From the NCBI GenBank assembly GCA_964016885.1, contig OZ024758.1:37386001-37450000 (forward strand): a stretch of 64,000 bases of DNA. Direction: 5' to 3'. The notes below the pieces were generated by a model. The model did no database searches, had not been told where the DNA came from, and worked only from the letters and a program-made list of their open reading frames with translations. Numbering within the stretch: position 1 is the stretch's first letter; each line of letters opens with the position of its first letter. The position numbers and the translations under genes were made by a program. This stretch comes from Eledone cirrhosa. Taxonomy: Eukaryota. Positions 25,401-38,749 of the stretch are shown here, piece after piece.

Positions 25401-28400
25401 CATGGTACTAGCTGTCAGAAGTAACTCCACTGTTGGTGAGAATTCATTTAAGTTCATGGTATTAGCTGTCAGAAGTCACTCCAATGTTGGTGAGAATACA
25501 TTTAAGTTCATGGTATTAGCTGTCAGAAGTCACTCCACTGTTGGTGAGAATTCATTTAAGTTTATGGTACTAGCTGTCAGAAGTAACCCCAATGTTGGTG
25601 AGAATTCATTTAAGTTCATGGTATTAGCTATCAGAAGTCACTCCAATGTTGGTGAGAATTCATTTAAGTTCATGGTATTAGCTGTCAGAAGTAACTCCAC
25701 TGTTGGTGAGAATTCATTTAAGTTCATGGTATTAGCTGTCAGAAGTAACTCCACTGTTGGTGAGAATTCATTTAAGTTCATGGTATTAGCTTCAGAAGGA
25801 ACTCCACTGTTGGTGAGAATTCATTTAAGTTCATGGTACTAGCTGTCAGAAGTAACTCCACTGTTGGTGAGAATTCATTTAAGTTCATGGTATTAGCTGT
25901 CAGAAGTAACTCCACTGTTGGTGAGAATTCATTTAAGTTCATGGTATTAGCTGTCAGAAGTAACTCCACTGTTGGTGAGAATTCATTTAAGTTCATGGTA
26001 TTAGCTGTCAGAAGGAACTCCACTGTTGCTGAGAATTCATTTAAGTTCATGGTACTAGCTGTCAGAAGTAACTCCAATGTTGGTGAGAATTCATTTAAGT
26101 TCATGGTATTAGCTGTCAGAAGTAACTCCACTGTTGGTGAGAGTTCATTTAAGTCATGGTATTAGCTGTCAGAAGTAACTCCAATGTTGGTGAGAATTCA
26201 TTTAAGTTCATGGTATTAGCTGTCAGAAGTAACTCCACTGTTGGTGAGAATTCATTTAAGTTCATGGCATTAGCTGTCAGAAGTAACTCCACTGTTGGTG
26301 AGAATTCATTTAAGTTCATGGTACTAGCTGTCAGAAGTAACTCCACTGCTGGTGAGAATTCATTTAAGTTCATGGTATTAGTTTGTCAGAAGTAACTTCA
26401 CTGTTGGTGAGAATTCATTTAAGTCATGGTATTAGTTGTCAGAAGTAACTCCAATGTTGGTGAGAATTCATTTAAGTTCATGGTATTAGCTGTCAGAAGG
26501 AACTCCACTGTTGGTGAGAATTCATTTAAGTTCATGGTATTAGCTGTCAGAAGGAACTCCAATGTTGGTGAGAATTCATTTAAGTCATGGTACTAGCTGT
26601 CAGAAGTAACTCCACTGTTGGTGAGAATTCATTTAAGTTCATGGTATTAGCTGTCAGAAGGAACTCCACTGTTGGTGAGAATTCATTTAAGTTCATGGTA
26701 TTAGCTGTCAGAAGTAACTCCACTGTTGGTGAGAATTCATTTAAGTCATGGTATTAGCTGTCAGAAGTAACTCCATTGTTGATGAGAATTCATTTAAGTC
26801 ATGGTACTAGCTGTCAGAAGTAACTCCAATGTTGGTGAGAATTCATTTAAGTCATGGTACTAGCTGTCAGAAGTAACTCCAATGTTGGTGAGAATTCATT
26901 TAAGTTCATGGTATTAGCTGTCAGAAGGAACTCCACTGTTGGTGAGAATTCATTTAAGTTCATGGTATTAGCTGTCAGAAGTAACTCCACTGTTGGTGAG
27001 AATTCATTTAAGTTCATGGTATTAGCTGTCAGAAGTAACTCCACTGTTGGTGAGAATTCATTTAAGTTCATGGTACTAGCTGTCAGAAGTAACTCCAATG
27101 TTGGTGAGAATTCATTTAAGTTCATGGTATTAGCTGTCAGAAGTAACTCCACTGTTGGTGAGAATTCATTTAAGTTCATGGTATTAGCTGTCAGAAGTAA
27201 CTCCAATGTTGGTGAGAATTCATTTAAGTTCATGGTATTAGCTGTCAGAAGTAACTCCAATGTTGGTGAGAATTCATTTAAGTTCATGGTATTAGCTGTC
27301 AGAAGGAACTCCACTGTTGCTGAGAATTCATTTAAGTTCATGGTATTAGCTGTCAGAAGTAACTCCACTGTTGGTGACAATTCATTTAAGTTCATGGTAC
27401 TAGCTGTCAGAAGTAACTCCACTGTTGGTGAGAATTCATTTAAGTTCATGGTATTAGCTGTCAGAAGTCACTCCACTGTTGGTGAGAATTCATTTAAGTT
27501 CATGGTACTAGCTGTCAGAAGTAACCCTAATGTTGGTGAGAATTCATTTAAGTTCATGGTATTAGCTGTCAGAAGTCACTCCAATGTTGGTGAGAATTCA
27601 TTTAAGTTCATGGTATTAGCTGTCAGAAGTAACTCCACTGTTGGTGAGAATTCATTTAAGTTCATGGTATTAGCTGTCAGAAGTAACTCCACTGTTGGTG
27701 AGAATTCATTTAAGTTCATGGTATTAGCTGTCAGAAGGAACTCCACTGTTGGTGAGAATTCATTTAAGTTCATGGTACTAGCTGTCAGAAATAACTCCAC
27801 TGTTGGTGAGAATTCATTTAAGTTCATGGTATTAGTTTGTCAGAAGTAACTCCACTGTTGGTGAGAATTCATTTAAGTCATGGTATTAGTTGTCAGAAGT
27901 AACTCCAATGTTGGTGAGAATTCATTTAAGCCATGGTACTAGCTGTCAGAAGTAACTCCAATGTTGGTGAGAATTCATTTAAGTTCATGGTATTAACTGT
28001 CAGAACGAACTCCACTGTTGGTGAAAATTCATTTAAGTTCATGGTATTAGCTGTCAGAAGTAACTCCACTGTTGGTGAGAATTCATTTAAGTTCATGGTA
28101 CTAGCTGTCAGAAGTAACTCCAATGTTGGTGAGAATTCATTTAAGTTCATGGTATTAGCTGTCAGAAGTAACTCCACTGTTGGTGAGAGTTCATTTAAGT
28201 CATGGTATTAGCTGTCAGAAGTAACTCCAATGTTGGTGAGAATTCATTTAAGTTCATGGTATTAGCTGTCAGAATTAACTCCACTGTTGGTGAGAATTCA
28301 TTTAAGTTCATGGTATTAGCTGTCAGAAGTAACTCCACTGTTGGTGAGAATTCATTTAAGTTCATGGTACTAGCTGTCAGAAGTAACTCCACTGTTGGTG

Positions 28401-29140
28401 AGAATTCATTTAAGTTCATGGTATTAGTTTGTCAGAAGTAACTCCACTGTTGGTGAGAATTCATTTAAGTCATGGTATTAGTTGTCAGAAGTAACTCCAA
28501 TGTTGGTGAGAATTCATTTAAGTTCATGGTATTAGCTGTCAGAAGGAACTCCACTGTTGGTGAGAATTCATTTAAGTTCATGGTATTAGCTGTCAGAAGG
28601 AACTCCAATGTTGGTGAGAATTCATTTAAGTCATGGTACTAGCTGTCAGAAGTAACTCCACTGTTGGTGAGAATTCATTTAAGTTCATGGTATTAGCTGT
28701 CAGAAGGAACTCCACTGTTGGTGAGAATTCATTTAAGTTCATGGTACTAGCTGTCAGAAGTAACTCCACTGTTGGTGAGAATTCATTTAAGTTCATGGTA
28801 TTAGTTTGTCAGAAGTAACTCCACTGTTGGTGAGAATTCATTTAAGTCATGGTATTAGTTGTCAGAAGTAACTCCAATGTTGGTGAGAATTCATTTAAGC
28901 CATGGTACTAGCTGTCAGAAGTAACTCCAATGTTGGTGAGAATTCATTTAATTTCATGGTATTAGCTGTCAGAACGAACTCCACTGTTGGTGAGAATTCA
29001 TTTAAGTTCATGGTATTAGCTCTCAGAAGTAACTCCACTGTTGGTGAGAGTTCATTTAAGTCATGGTATTAGCTGTCAGAAGTAACTCCAATGTTGGTGA
29101 GAATTCATTTAAGTTCATGGTATTAGCTGTCAGAAGTAAC
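21200..29140. repeat. Super-unit copy 1 (shorter, with more private variants)
   Basis: Collinear with 40.2-52.3 kb. Offsets are 19,004 (22008>41012 through 24539>43543), 19,163 (25186>44349), 22,988 (26156>49144, 26854>49842) and 23,150 (27933>51083, 28633>51783). Confidence 0.8.
23517..24820. repeat. 753-bp (14-monomer) internal repeat, also present at 42521/43274, 45806/46559 and 54744/55497
   Basis: 23517>24270, 23786>24539, 42521>43274, 42790>43543, 46075>46828 and 54744>55497 all equal 753. Confidence 0.8.
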
Positions 29141-32100
29141 GCCACAGTTGGTGAGAATTCATTTAAGTTCATGGTATTAGCTGTCAGAAGTAACTCCACT
29201 GTTGGTGAGAGTTCATTTAAGTTCATGGTACTAGCTGTCAGAAGTAACTCCACTGTTGGTGAGAATTCATTTAAGTTCATGGTATTAGTTTGTCAGAAGT
29301 AACTCCACTGTTGGTGAGAATTCATTTAAGTCATGGTATTAGTTGTCAGATGTAACTCCAATGTTGGTGAGAATTCATTTAAGTTCATGGTATTAGCTGT
29401 CAGAAGGAACTCCACTGTTGGTGAGAATTCATTTAAGTTCATGGTATTAGCTGTCAGAAGGAACTCCAATGTTGGTGAGAATTCATTTAAGTCATGGTAC
29501 TAGCTGTCAGAAGTAACTCCACTGTTGGTGAGAATTCATTTAAGTTCATGGTATTAGCTGTCAGAAGGAACTCCACTGTTGGTGAGAATTCATTTAAGTT
29601 CATGGTACTAGCTGTCAGAAGGAACTCCAATGTTGGTGAGAATTCATTTAAGTCATGGTACTAGCTGTCAGAAGTAACTCCACTGTTGGTGAGAATTCAT
29701 TTAAGTTCATGGTATTAGCTGTCAGAAGGAACTCCACTGTTGGTGAGAATTCATTTAAGTTCATGGTATTAGCTGTCAGAAGTAACTCCACTGTTGGTGA
29801 GAATTCATTTAAGTCATGGTATTAGCTGTCAGAAGTAACTCCATTGTTGGTGAGAATTCATTTAAGTCATGGTACTAGCTGTCAGAAGTAACTCCAATGT
29901 TGGTGAGAATTCATTTAAGTCATGGTACTAGCTGTCAGAAGTAACTCCAATGTTGGTGAGAATTCATTTAAGTTCATGGTATTAGCTGTCAGAAGGAACT
30001 CCACTGTTGGTGAGAATTCATTTAAGTTCATGGTATTAGCTGTCAGAAGTAACTCCACTGTTGGTGAGAATTCATTTAAGTTCATGGTATTAGCTGTCAG
30101 AAGTAACTCCACTGTTGGTGAGAATTCATTTAAGTTCATGGTACTAGCTGTCAGAAGTAACTCCAATGTTGGTGAGAATTCATTTAAGTTCATGGTATTA
30201 GCTGTCAGAAGTAACTCCAATGTTGGTGAGAATTCATTTAAGTTCATGGTATTAGCTGTCAGAAGGAACTCCACTGTTGCTGAGAATTCATTTAAGTTCA
30301 TGGTATTAGCTGTCAGAAGTAACTCCACTGTTGGTGACAATTCATTTAAGTTCATGGTACTAGCTGTCAGAAGTAACTCCACTGTTGGTGAGAATTCATT
30401 TAAGTTCATGGTATTAGCTGTCAGAAGTCACTCCAATGTTGGTGAGAATTCATTTAAGTTCATGGTATTAGCTGTCAGAAGTCACTCCACTGTTGGTGAG
30501 AATTCATTTAAGTTCATGGTACTAGCTGTCAGAAGTAACCCTAATGTTGGTGAGAATTCATTTAAGTTCATGGTATTAGCTGTCAGAAGTCACTCCAATG
30601 TTGGTGAGAATTCATTTAAGTTCATGGTATTAGCTGTCAGAAGTAACTCCACTGTTGGTGAGAATTCATTTAAGTTCATGGTATTAGCTGTCAGAAGTAA
30701 CTCCACTGTTGGTGAGAATTCATTTAAGTTCATGGTATTAGCTGTCAGAAGGAACTCCACTGTTGGTGAGAATTCATTTAAGTTCATGGTACTAGCTGTC
30801 AGAAATAACTCCACTGTTGGTGAGAATTCATTTAAGTTCATGGTACTAGCTGTCAGAAGTAACTCCACTGTTGGTGAGAATTCATTTAAGTTCATGGTAC
30901 TAGCTGTCAGAAATAACTCCACTGTTGGTGAGAATTCATTTAAGTTCATGGTACTAGCTGTCAGAAGTAACTCCACTGTTGGTGAGAATTCATTTAAGTT
31001 CATGGTATTAGCTGTCAGAAGTAACTCCACTGTTGGTGAGAATTCATTTAAGTTCATGGTATTAGCTGTCAGAAGTAACTCCACTGTTGGTGAGAATTCA
31101 TTTAAGTTCATGGTACTAGCTGTCAGAAGTAACTCCACTGTTGGTGAGAATTCATTTAAGTTCATGGTATTAGTTTGTCAGAAGTAACTCCACTGTTGGT
31201 GAGAATTCATTTAAGTCATGGTATTAGTTGTCAGAAGTAACTCCAATGTTGGTGAGAATTCATTTAAGTTCATGGTATTAGCTGTCAGAAGGAACTCCAC
31301 TGTTGGTGAGAATTCATTTAAGTTCATGGTATTAGCTGTCAGAAGGAACTCCAATGTTGGTGAGAATTCATTTAAGTCATGGTACTAGCTGTCAGAAGTA
31401 ACTCCACTGTTGGTGAGAATTCATTTAAGTTCATGGTATTAGCTGTCAGAAGTAACTCCACTGTTGGTGAGAATTCATTTAAGTTCATGGTACTAGCTGT
31501 CAGAAGTAACTCCAATGTTGGTGAGAATTCATTTAAGTTCATGGTATTAGTTTGTCAGAAGTAACTCCACTGTTGGTGAGAATTCATTTAAGTCATGGTA
31601 TTAGTTGTCAGAAGTAACTCCAATGTTGGTGAGAATTCATTTAAGCCATGGTACTAGCTGTCAGAAGTAACTCCAATGTTGGTGAGAATTCATTTAATTT
31701 CATGGTATTAGCTGTCAGAACGAACTCCACTGTTGGTGAGAATTCATTTAAGTTCATGGTATTAGCTGTCAGAAGTAACTCCACTGTTGGTGAGAATTCA
31801 GTTAAGTTCATGGTACTAGCTGTCAGAAGTAACTCCAATGTTGGTGAGAATTCATTTAAGTTCATGGTATTAGCTGTCAGAAGTAACTCCACTGTTGGTG
31901 AGAATTCATTTAAGTTCATGGTATTAGCTGTCAGAAGGAACTCCACTGTTGGTGAGAATTCATTTAAGTTCATGGTATTAGCTGTCAGAAGTAACTCCAC
32001 TGTTGGTGAGAATTCATTTAAGTCATGGTATTAGCTGTCAGAAGTAACTCCATTGTTGGTGAGAATTCATTTAAGTCATGGTACTAGCTGTCAGAAGTAA

Positions 32101-35100
32101 CTCCAATGTTGGTGAGAATTCATTTAAGTCATGGTACTAGCTGTCAGAAGTAACTCCAATGTTGGTGAGAATTCATTTAAGTTCATGGTATTAGCTGTCA
32201 GAAGGAACTCCACTGTTGGTGAGAATTCATTTAAGTTCATGGTATTAGCTGTCAGAAGTAACTCCACTGTTGGTGAGAATTCATTTAAATTCATGGTATT
32301 AGCTGTCAGAAGTAACTCCACTGTTGGTGAGAATTCATTTAAGTTCATGGTACTAGCTGTCAGAAATAACTCCACTGTTGGTGAGAATTCATTTAAGTTC
32401 ATGGTATTAGTTTGTCAGAAGTAACTCCACTGTTGGTGAGAATTCATTTAAGTCATGGTATTAGTTGTCAGAAGTAACTCCAATGTTGGTGAGAATTCAT
32501 TTAAGCCATGGTACTAGCTGTCAGAAGTAACTCCAATGTTGGTGAGAATTCATTTAAGTTCATGGTATTAACTGTCAGAACGAACTCCACTGTTGGTGAA
32601 AATTCATTTAAGTTCATGGTATTAGCTGTCAGAAGTAACTCCACTGTTGGTGAGAATTCATTTAAGTTCATGGTACTAGCTGTCAGAAGTAACTCCAATG
32701 TTGGTGAGAATTCATTTAAGTTCATGGTATTAGCTGTCAGAAGTAACTCCACTGTTGGTGAGAGTTCATTTAAGTCATGGTATTAGCTGTCAGAAGTAAC
32801 TCCAATGTTGGTGAGAATTCATTTAAGTTCATGGTATTAGCTGTCAGAATTAACTCCACTGTTGGTGAGAATTCATTTAAGTTCATGGTATTAGCTGTCA
32901 GAAGTAACTCCACTGTTGGTGAGAATTCATTTAAGTTCATGGTACTAGCTGTCAGAAGTAACTCCACTGTTGGTGAGAATTCATTTAAGTTCATGGTATT
33001 AGTTTGTCAGAAGTAACTCCACTGTTGGTGAGAATTCATTTAAGTCATGGTATTAGTTGTCAGAAGTAACTCCAATGTTGGTGAGAATTCATTTAAGTTC
33101 ATGGTATTAGCTGTCAGAAGGAACTCCACTGTTGGTGAGAATTCATTTAAGTTCATGGTATTAGCTGTCAGAAGGAACTCCAATGTTGGTGAGAATTCAT
33201 TTAAGTCATGGTACTAGCTGTCAGAAGTAACTCCACTGTTGGTGAGAATTCATTTAAGTTCATGGTATTAGCTGTCAGAAGGAACTCCACTGTTGGTGAG
33301 AATTCATTTAAGTTCATGGTACTAGCTGTCAGAAGTAACTCCACTGTTGGTGAGAATTCATTTAAGTTCATGGTATTAGTTTGTCAGAAGTAACTCCACT
33401 GTTGGTGAGAATTCATTTAAGTCATGGTATTAGTTGTCAGAAGTAACTCCAATGTTGGTGAGAATTCATTTAAGCCATGGTACTAGCTGTCAGAAGTAAC
33501 TCCAATGTTGGTGAGAATTCATTTAATTTCATGGTATTAGCTGTCAGAACGAACTCCACTGTTGGTGAGAATTCATTTAAGTTCATGGTATTAGCTCTCA
33601 GAAGTAACTCCACTGTTGGTGAGAGTTCATTTAAGTCATGGTATTAGCTGTCAGAAGTAACTCCAATGTTGGTGAGAATTCATTTAAGTTCATGGTATTA
33701 GCTGTCAGAAGTAACGCCACAGTTGGTGAGAATTCATTTAAGTTCATGGTATTAGCTGTCAGAAGTAACTCCACTGTTGGTGAGAGTTCATTTAAGTTCA
33801 TGGTACTAGCTGTCAGAAGTAACTCCACTGTTGGTGAGAATTCATTTAAGTTCATGGTATTAGTTTGTCAGAAGTAACTCCACTGTTGGTGAGAATTCAT
33901 TTAAGTCATGGTATTAGTTGTCAGATGTAACTCCAATGTTGGTGAGAATTCATTTAAGTTCATGGTATTAGCTGTCAGAAGGAACTCCACTGTTGGTGAG
34001 AATTCATTTAAGTTCATGGTATTAGCTGTCAGAAGGAACTCCAATGTTGGTGAGAATTCATTTAAGTCATGGTACTAGCTGTCAGAAGTAACTCCACTGT
34101 TGGTGAGAATTCATTTAAGTTCATGGTATTAGCTGTCAGAAGGAACTCCACTGTTGGTGAGAATTCATTTAAGTTCATGGTACTAGCTGTCAGAAGGAAC
34201 TCCAATGTTGGTGAGAATTCATTTAAGTCATGGTACTAGCTGTCAGAAGTAACTCCACTGTTGGTGAGAATTCATTTAAGTTCATGGTATTAGCTGTCAG
34301 AAGGAACTCCACTGTTGGTGAGAATTCATTTAAGTTCATGGTATTAGCTGTCAGAAGTAACTCCACTGTTGGTGAGAATTCATTTAAGTCATGGTATTAG
34401 CTGTCAGAAGTAACTCCATTGTTGGTGAGAATTCATTTAAGTCATGGTACTAGCTGTCAGAAGTAACTCCAATGTTGGTGAGAATTCATTTAAGTCATGG
34501 TACTAGCTGTCAGAAGTAACTCCAATGTTGGTGAGAATTCATTTAAGTTCATGGTATTAGCTGTCAGAAGGAACTCCACTGTTGGTGAGAATTCATTTAA
34601 GTTCATGGTATTAGCTGTCAGAAGTAACTCCACTGTTGGTGAGAATTCATTTAAGTTCATGGTATTAGCTGTCAGAAGTAACTCCACTGTTGGTGAGAAT
34701 TCATTTAAGTTCATGGTACTAGCTGTCAGAAGTAACTCCAATGTTGGTGAGAATTCATTTAAGTTCATGGTATTAGCTGTCAGAAGTAACTCCAATGTTG
34801 GTGAGAATTCATTTAAGTTCATGGTATTAGCTGTCAGAAGGAACTCCACTGTTGCTGAGAATTCATTTAAGTTCATGGTATTAGCTGTCAGAAGTAACTC
34901 CACTGTTGGTGACAATTCATTTAAGTTCATGGTACTAGCTGTCAGAAGTAACTCCACTGTTGGTGAGAATTCATTTAAGTTCATGGTATTAGCTGTCAGA
35001 AGTCACTCCAATGTTGGTGAGAATTCATTTAAGTTCATGGTATTAGCTGTCAGAAGTCACTCCACTGTTGGTGAGAATTCATTTAAGTTCATGGTACTAG

Positions 35101-36645
35101 CTGTCAGAAGTAACCCTAATGTTGGTGAGAATTCATTTAAGTTCATGGTATTAGCTGTCAGAAGTCACTCCAATGTTGGTGAGAATTCATTTAAGTTCAT
35201 GGTATTAGCTGTCAGAAGTAACTCCACTGTTGGTGAGAATTCATTTAAGTTCATGGTATTAGCTGTCAGAAGTAACTCCACTGTTGGTGAGAATTCATTT
35301 AAGTTCATGGTATTAGCTGTCAGAAGGAACTCCACTGTTGGTGAGAATTCATTTAAGTTCATGGTACTAGCTGTCAGAAATAACTCCACTGTTGGTGAGA
35401 ATTCATTTAAGTTCATGGTACTAGCTGTCAGAAGTAACTCCACTGTTGGTGAGAATTCATTTAAGTTCATGGTACTAGCTGTCAGAAATAACTCCACTGT
35501 TGGTGAGAATTCATTTAAGTTCATGGTACTAGCTGTCAGAAGTAACTCCACTGTTGGTGAGAATTCATTTAAGTTCATGGTATTAGCTGTCAGAAGTAAC
35601 TCCACTGTTGGTGAGAATTCATTTAAGTTCATGGTATTAGCTGTCAGAAGTAACTCCACTGTTGGTGAGAATTCATTTAAGTTCATGGTACTAGCTGTCA
35701 GAAGTAACTCCACTGTTGGTGAGAATTCATTTAAGTTCATGGTATTAGTTTGTCAGAAGTAACTCCACTGTTGGTGAGAATTCATTTAAGTCATGGTATT
35801 AGTTGTCAGAAGTAACTCCAATGTTGGTGAGAATTCATTTAAGTTCATGGTATTAGCTGTCAGAAGGAACTCCACTGTTGGTGAGAATTCATTTAAGTTC
35901 ATGGTATTAGCTGTCAGAAGGAACTCCAATGTTGGTGAGAATTCATTTAAGTCATGGTACTAGCTGTCAGAAGTAACTCCAATGTTGGTGAGAATTCATT
36001 TAATTTCATGGTATTAGCTGTCAGAACGAACTCCACTGTTGGTGAGAATTCATTTAAGTTCATGGTATTAGCTGTCAGAAGTAACTCCACTGTTGGTGAG
36101 AATTCAGTTAAGTTCATGGTACTAGCTGTCAGAAGTAACTCCAATGTTGGTGAGAATTCATTTAAGTTCATGGTATTAGCTGTCAGAAGTAACTCCACTG
36201 TTGGTGAGAATTCATTTAAGTTCATGGTATTAGCTGTCAGAAGGAACTCCACTGTTGGTGAGAATTCATTTAAGTTCATGGTATTAGCTGTCAGAAGTAA
36301 CTCCACTGTTGGTGAGAATTCATTTAAGTCATGGTATTAGCTGTCAGAAGTAACTCCATTGTTGGTGAGAATTCATTTAAGTCATGGTACTAGCTGTCAG
36401 AAGTAACTCCAATGTTGGTGAGAATTCATTTAAGTCATGGTACTAGCTGTCAGAAGTAACTCCAATGTTGGTGAGAATTCATTTAAGTTCATGGTATTAG
36501 CTGTCAGAAGGAACTCCACTGTTGGTGAGAATTCATTTAAGTTCATGGTATTAGCTGTCAGAAGTAACTCCACTGTTGGTGAGAATTCATTTAAATTCAT
36601 GGTATTAGCTGTCAGAAGTAACTCCACTGTTGGTGAGAATTCATT
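27765..36645. repeat. Tandem duplication with a 4,575-bp period (~85 monomers); second copy lacks 269 bp; junction at 32314-32365
   Basis: 27933>32508, 28202>32777, 29063>33638, 29922>34497 and 31187>35762 equal 4,575 with identical translations. The offset then drops to 4,306 (31648>35954, 32131>36437). Confidence 0.9.
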
Positions 36646-37029
36646 TAAGTTCATGGTACTAGCTGTCAGAAGTAACTCCAATGTTGGTGAGAATTCATTT
36701 AAGTTCATGGTATTAGCTGTCCGAAGTAACTCCACTGTTGGTGAGAATTCATTTAAGTCATGGTATTAGCTGTCAGAAGTAACTCCAATGTTGGTGAGAA
36801 TTCATTTAAGTTCATGTTATTAGCTGTCAGAAGTAACTCCAATGTTGGTGAGAATTCATTTAAGTTCATGGTATTAGCTGTCAGAAGGAACTCCACTGTT
36901 GGTGAGAATTCATTTAAGTTCATGGTATTAGCTGTCAGAAGGAACTCCAATGTTGGTGAGAATTCATTTAAGTCATGGTACTAGCTGTCAGAAGTAACTC
37001 CACTGTTGGTGAGAATTCATTTAAGTTCA

Positions 37030-38530
37030 TGGTATTAGCTGTCAGAAGTAACTCCAATGTTGGTGAGAATTCATTTAAGTTCATTGTATTAGCTGTCAGA
37101 AGTAACGCCACAGTTGGTGAGAATTCATTTAAGTTCATGGTATTAGCTGTCAGAAGTAACTCCACTGTTGGTGAGAGTTCATTTAAGTTCATGGTACTAG
37201 CTGTCAGAAGTAACTCCACTGTTGGTGAGAATTCATTTAAGTTCATGGTATTAGTTTGTCAGAAGTAACTCCACTGTTGGTGAGAATTCATTTAAGTCAT
37301 GGTATTAGTTGTCAGATGTAACTCCAATGTTGGTGAGAATTCATTTAAGTTCATGGTATTAGCTGTCAGAAGGAACTCCACTGTTGGTGAGAATTCATTT
37401 AAGTTCATGGTATTAGCTGTCAGAAGGAACTCCAATGTTGGTGAGAATTCATTTAAGTCATGGTACTAGCTGTCAGAAGTAACTCCACTGTTGGTGAGAA
37501 TTCATTTAAGTTCATGGTATTAGCTGTCAGAAGGAACTCCACTGTTGGTGAGAATTCATTTAAGTTCATGGTACTAGCTGTCAGAAGGAACTCCAATGTT
37601 GGTGAGAATTCATTTAAGTCATGGTACTAGCTGTCAGAAGTAACTCCACTGTTGGTGAGAATTCATTTAAGTTCATGGTATTAGCTGTCAGAAGGAACTC
37701 CACTGTTGGTGAGAATTCATTTAAGTTCATGGTATTAGCTGTCAGAAGTAACTCCACTGTTGGTGAGAATTCATTTAAGTCATGGTATTAGCTGTCAGAA
37801 GTAACTCCATTGTTGGTGAGAATTCATTTAAGTCATGGTACTAGCTGTCAGAAGTAACTCCAATGTTGGTGAGAATTCATTTAAGTCATGGTACTAGCTG
37901 TCAGAAGTAACTCCAATGTTGGTGAGAATTCATTTAAGTTCATGGTATTAGCTGTCAGAAGGAACTCCACTGTTGGTGAGAATTCATTTAAGTTCATGGT
38001 ATTAGCTGTCAGAAGTAACTCCACTGTTGGTGAGAATTCATTTAAGTTCATGGTATTAGCTGTCAGAAGTAACTCCACTGTTGGTGAGAATTCATTTAAG
38101 TTCATGGTACTAGCTGTCAGAAGTAACTCCAATGTTGGTGAGAATTCATTTAAGTTCATGGTATTAGCTGTCAGAAGTAACTCCAATGTTGGTGAGAATT
38201 CATTTAAGTTCATGGTATTAGCTGTCAGAAGGAACTCCACTGTTGCTGAGAATTCATTTAAGTTCATGGTATTAGCTGTCAGAAGTAACTCCACTGTTGG
38301 TGACAATTCATTTAAGTTCATGGTACTAGCTGTCAGAAGTAACTCCACTGTTGGTGAGAATTCATTTAAGTTCATGGTATTAGCTGTCAGAAGTCACTCC
38401 AATGTTGGTGAGAATTCATTTAAGTTCATGGTATTAGCTGTCAGAAGTCACTCCACTGTTGGTGAGAATTCATTTAAGTTCATGGTACTAGCTGTCAGAA
38501 GTAACCCTAATGTTGGTGAGAATTCATTTA
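37030..38530. repeat. Third, partial copy of the 4,575-bp block (offset 3,391 from copy 2)
   Basis: 34497>37888 = 3,391. The markers aacgccacag (33716>37107), cagatgtaac, gtgacaat and aaccctaat recur in the same order. Confidence 0.8.
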
Positions 38531-38749
38531 AGTTCATGGTATTAGCTGTCAGAAGTAACTCCACTGTTGGTGAGAATTCATTTAAGTTCATGGTATTAGC
38601 TGTCAGAAGTAACTCCACTGTTGGTGAGAATTCATTTAAGTTCATGGTACTAGCTGTCAGAAGTAACTCCACTGTTGGTGAGAATTCATTTAAGTTCATG
38701 GTATTAGTTTGTCAGAAGTAACTCCACTGTTGGTGAGAATTCATTTAAG

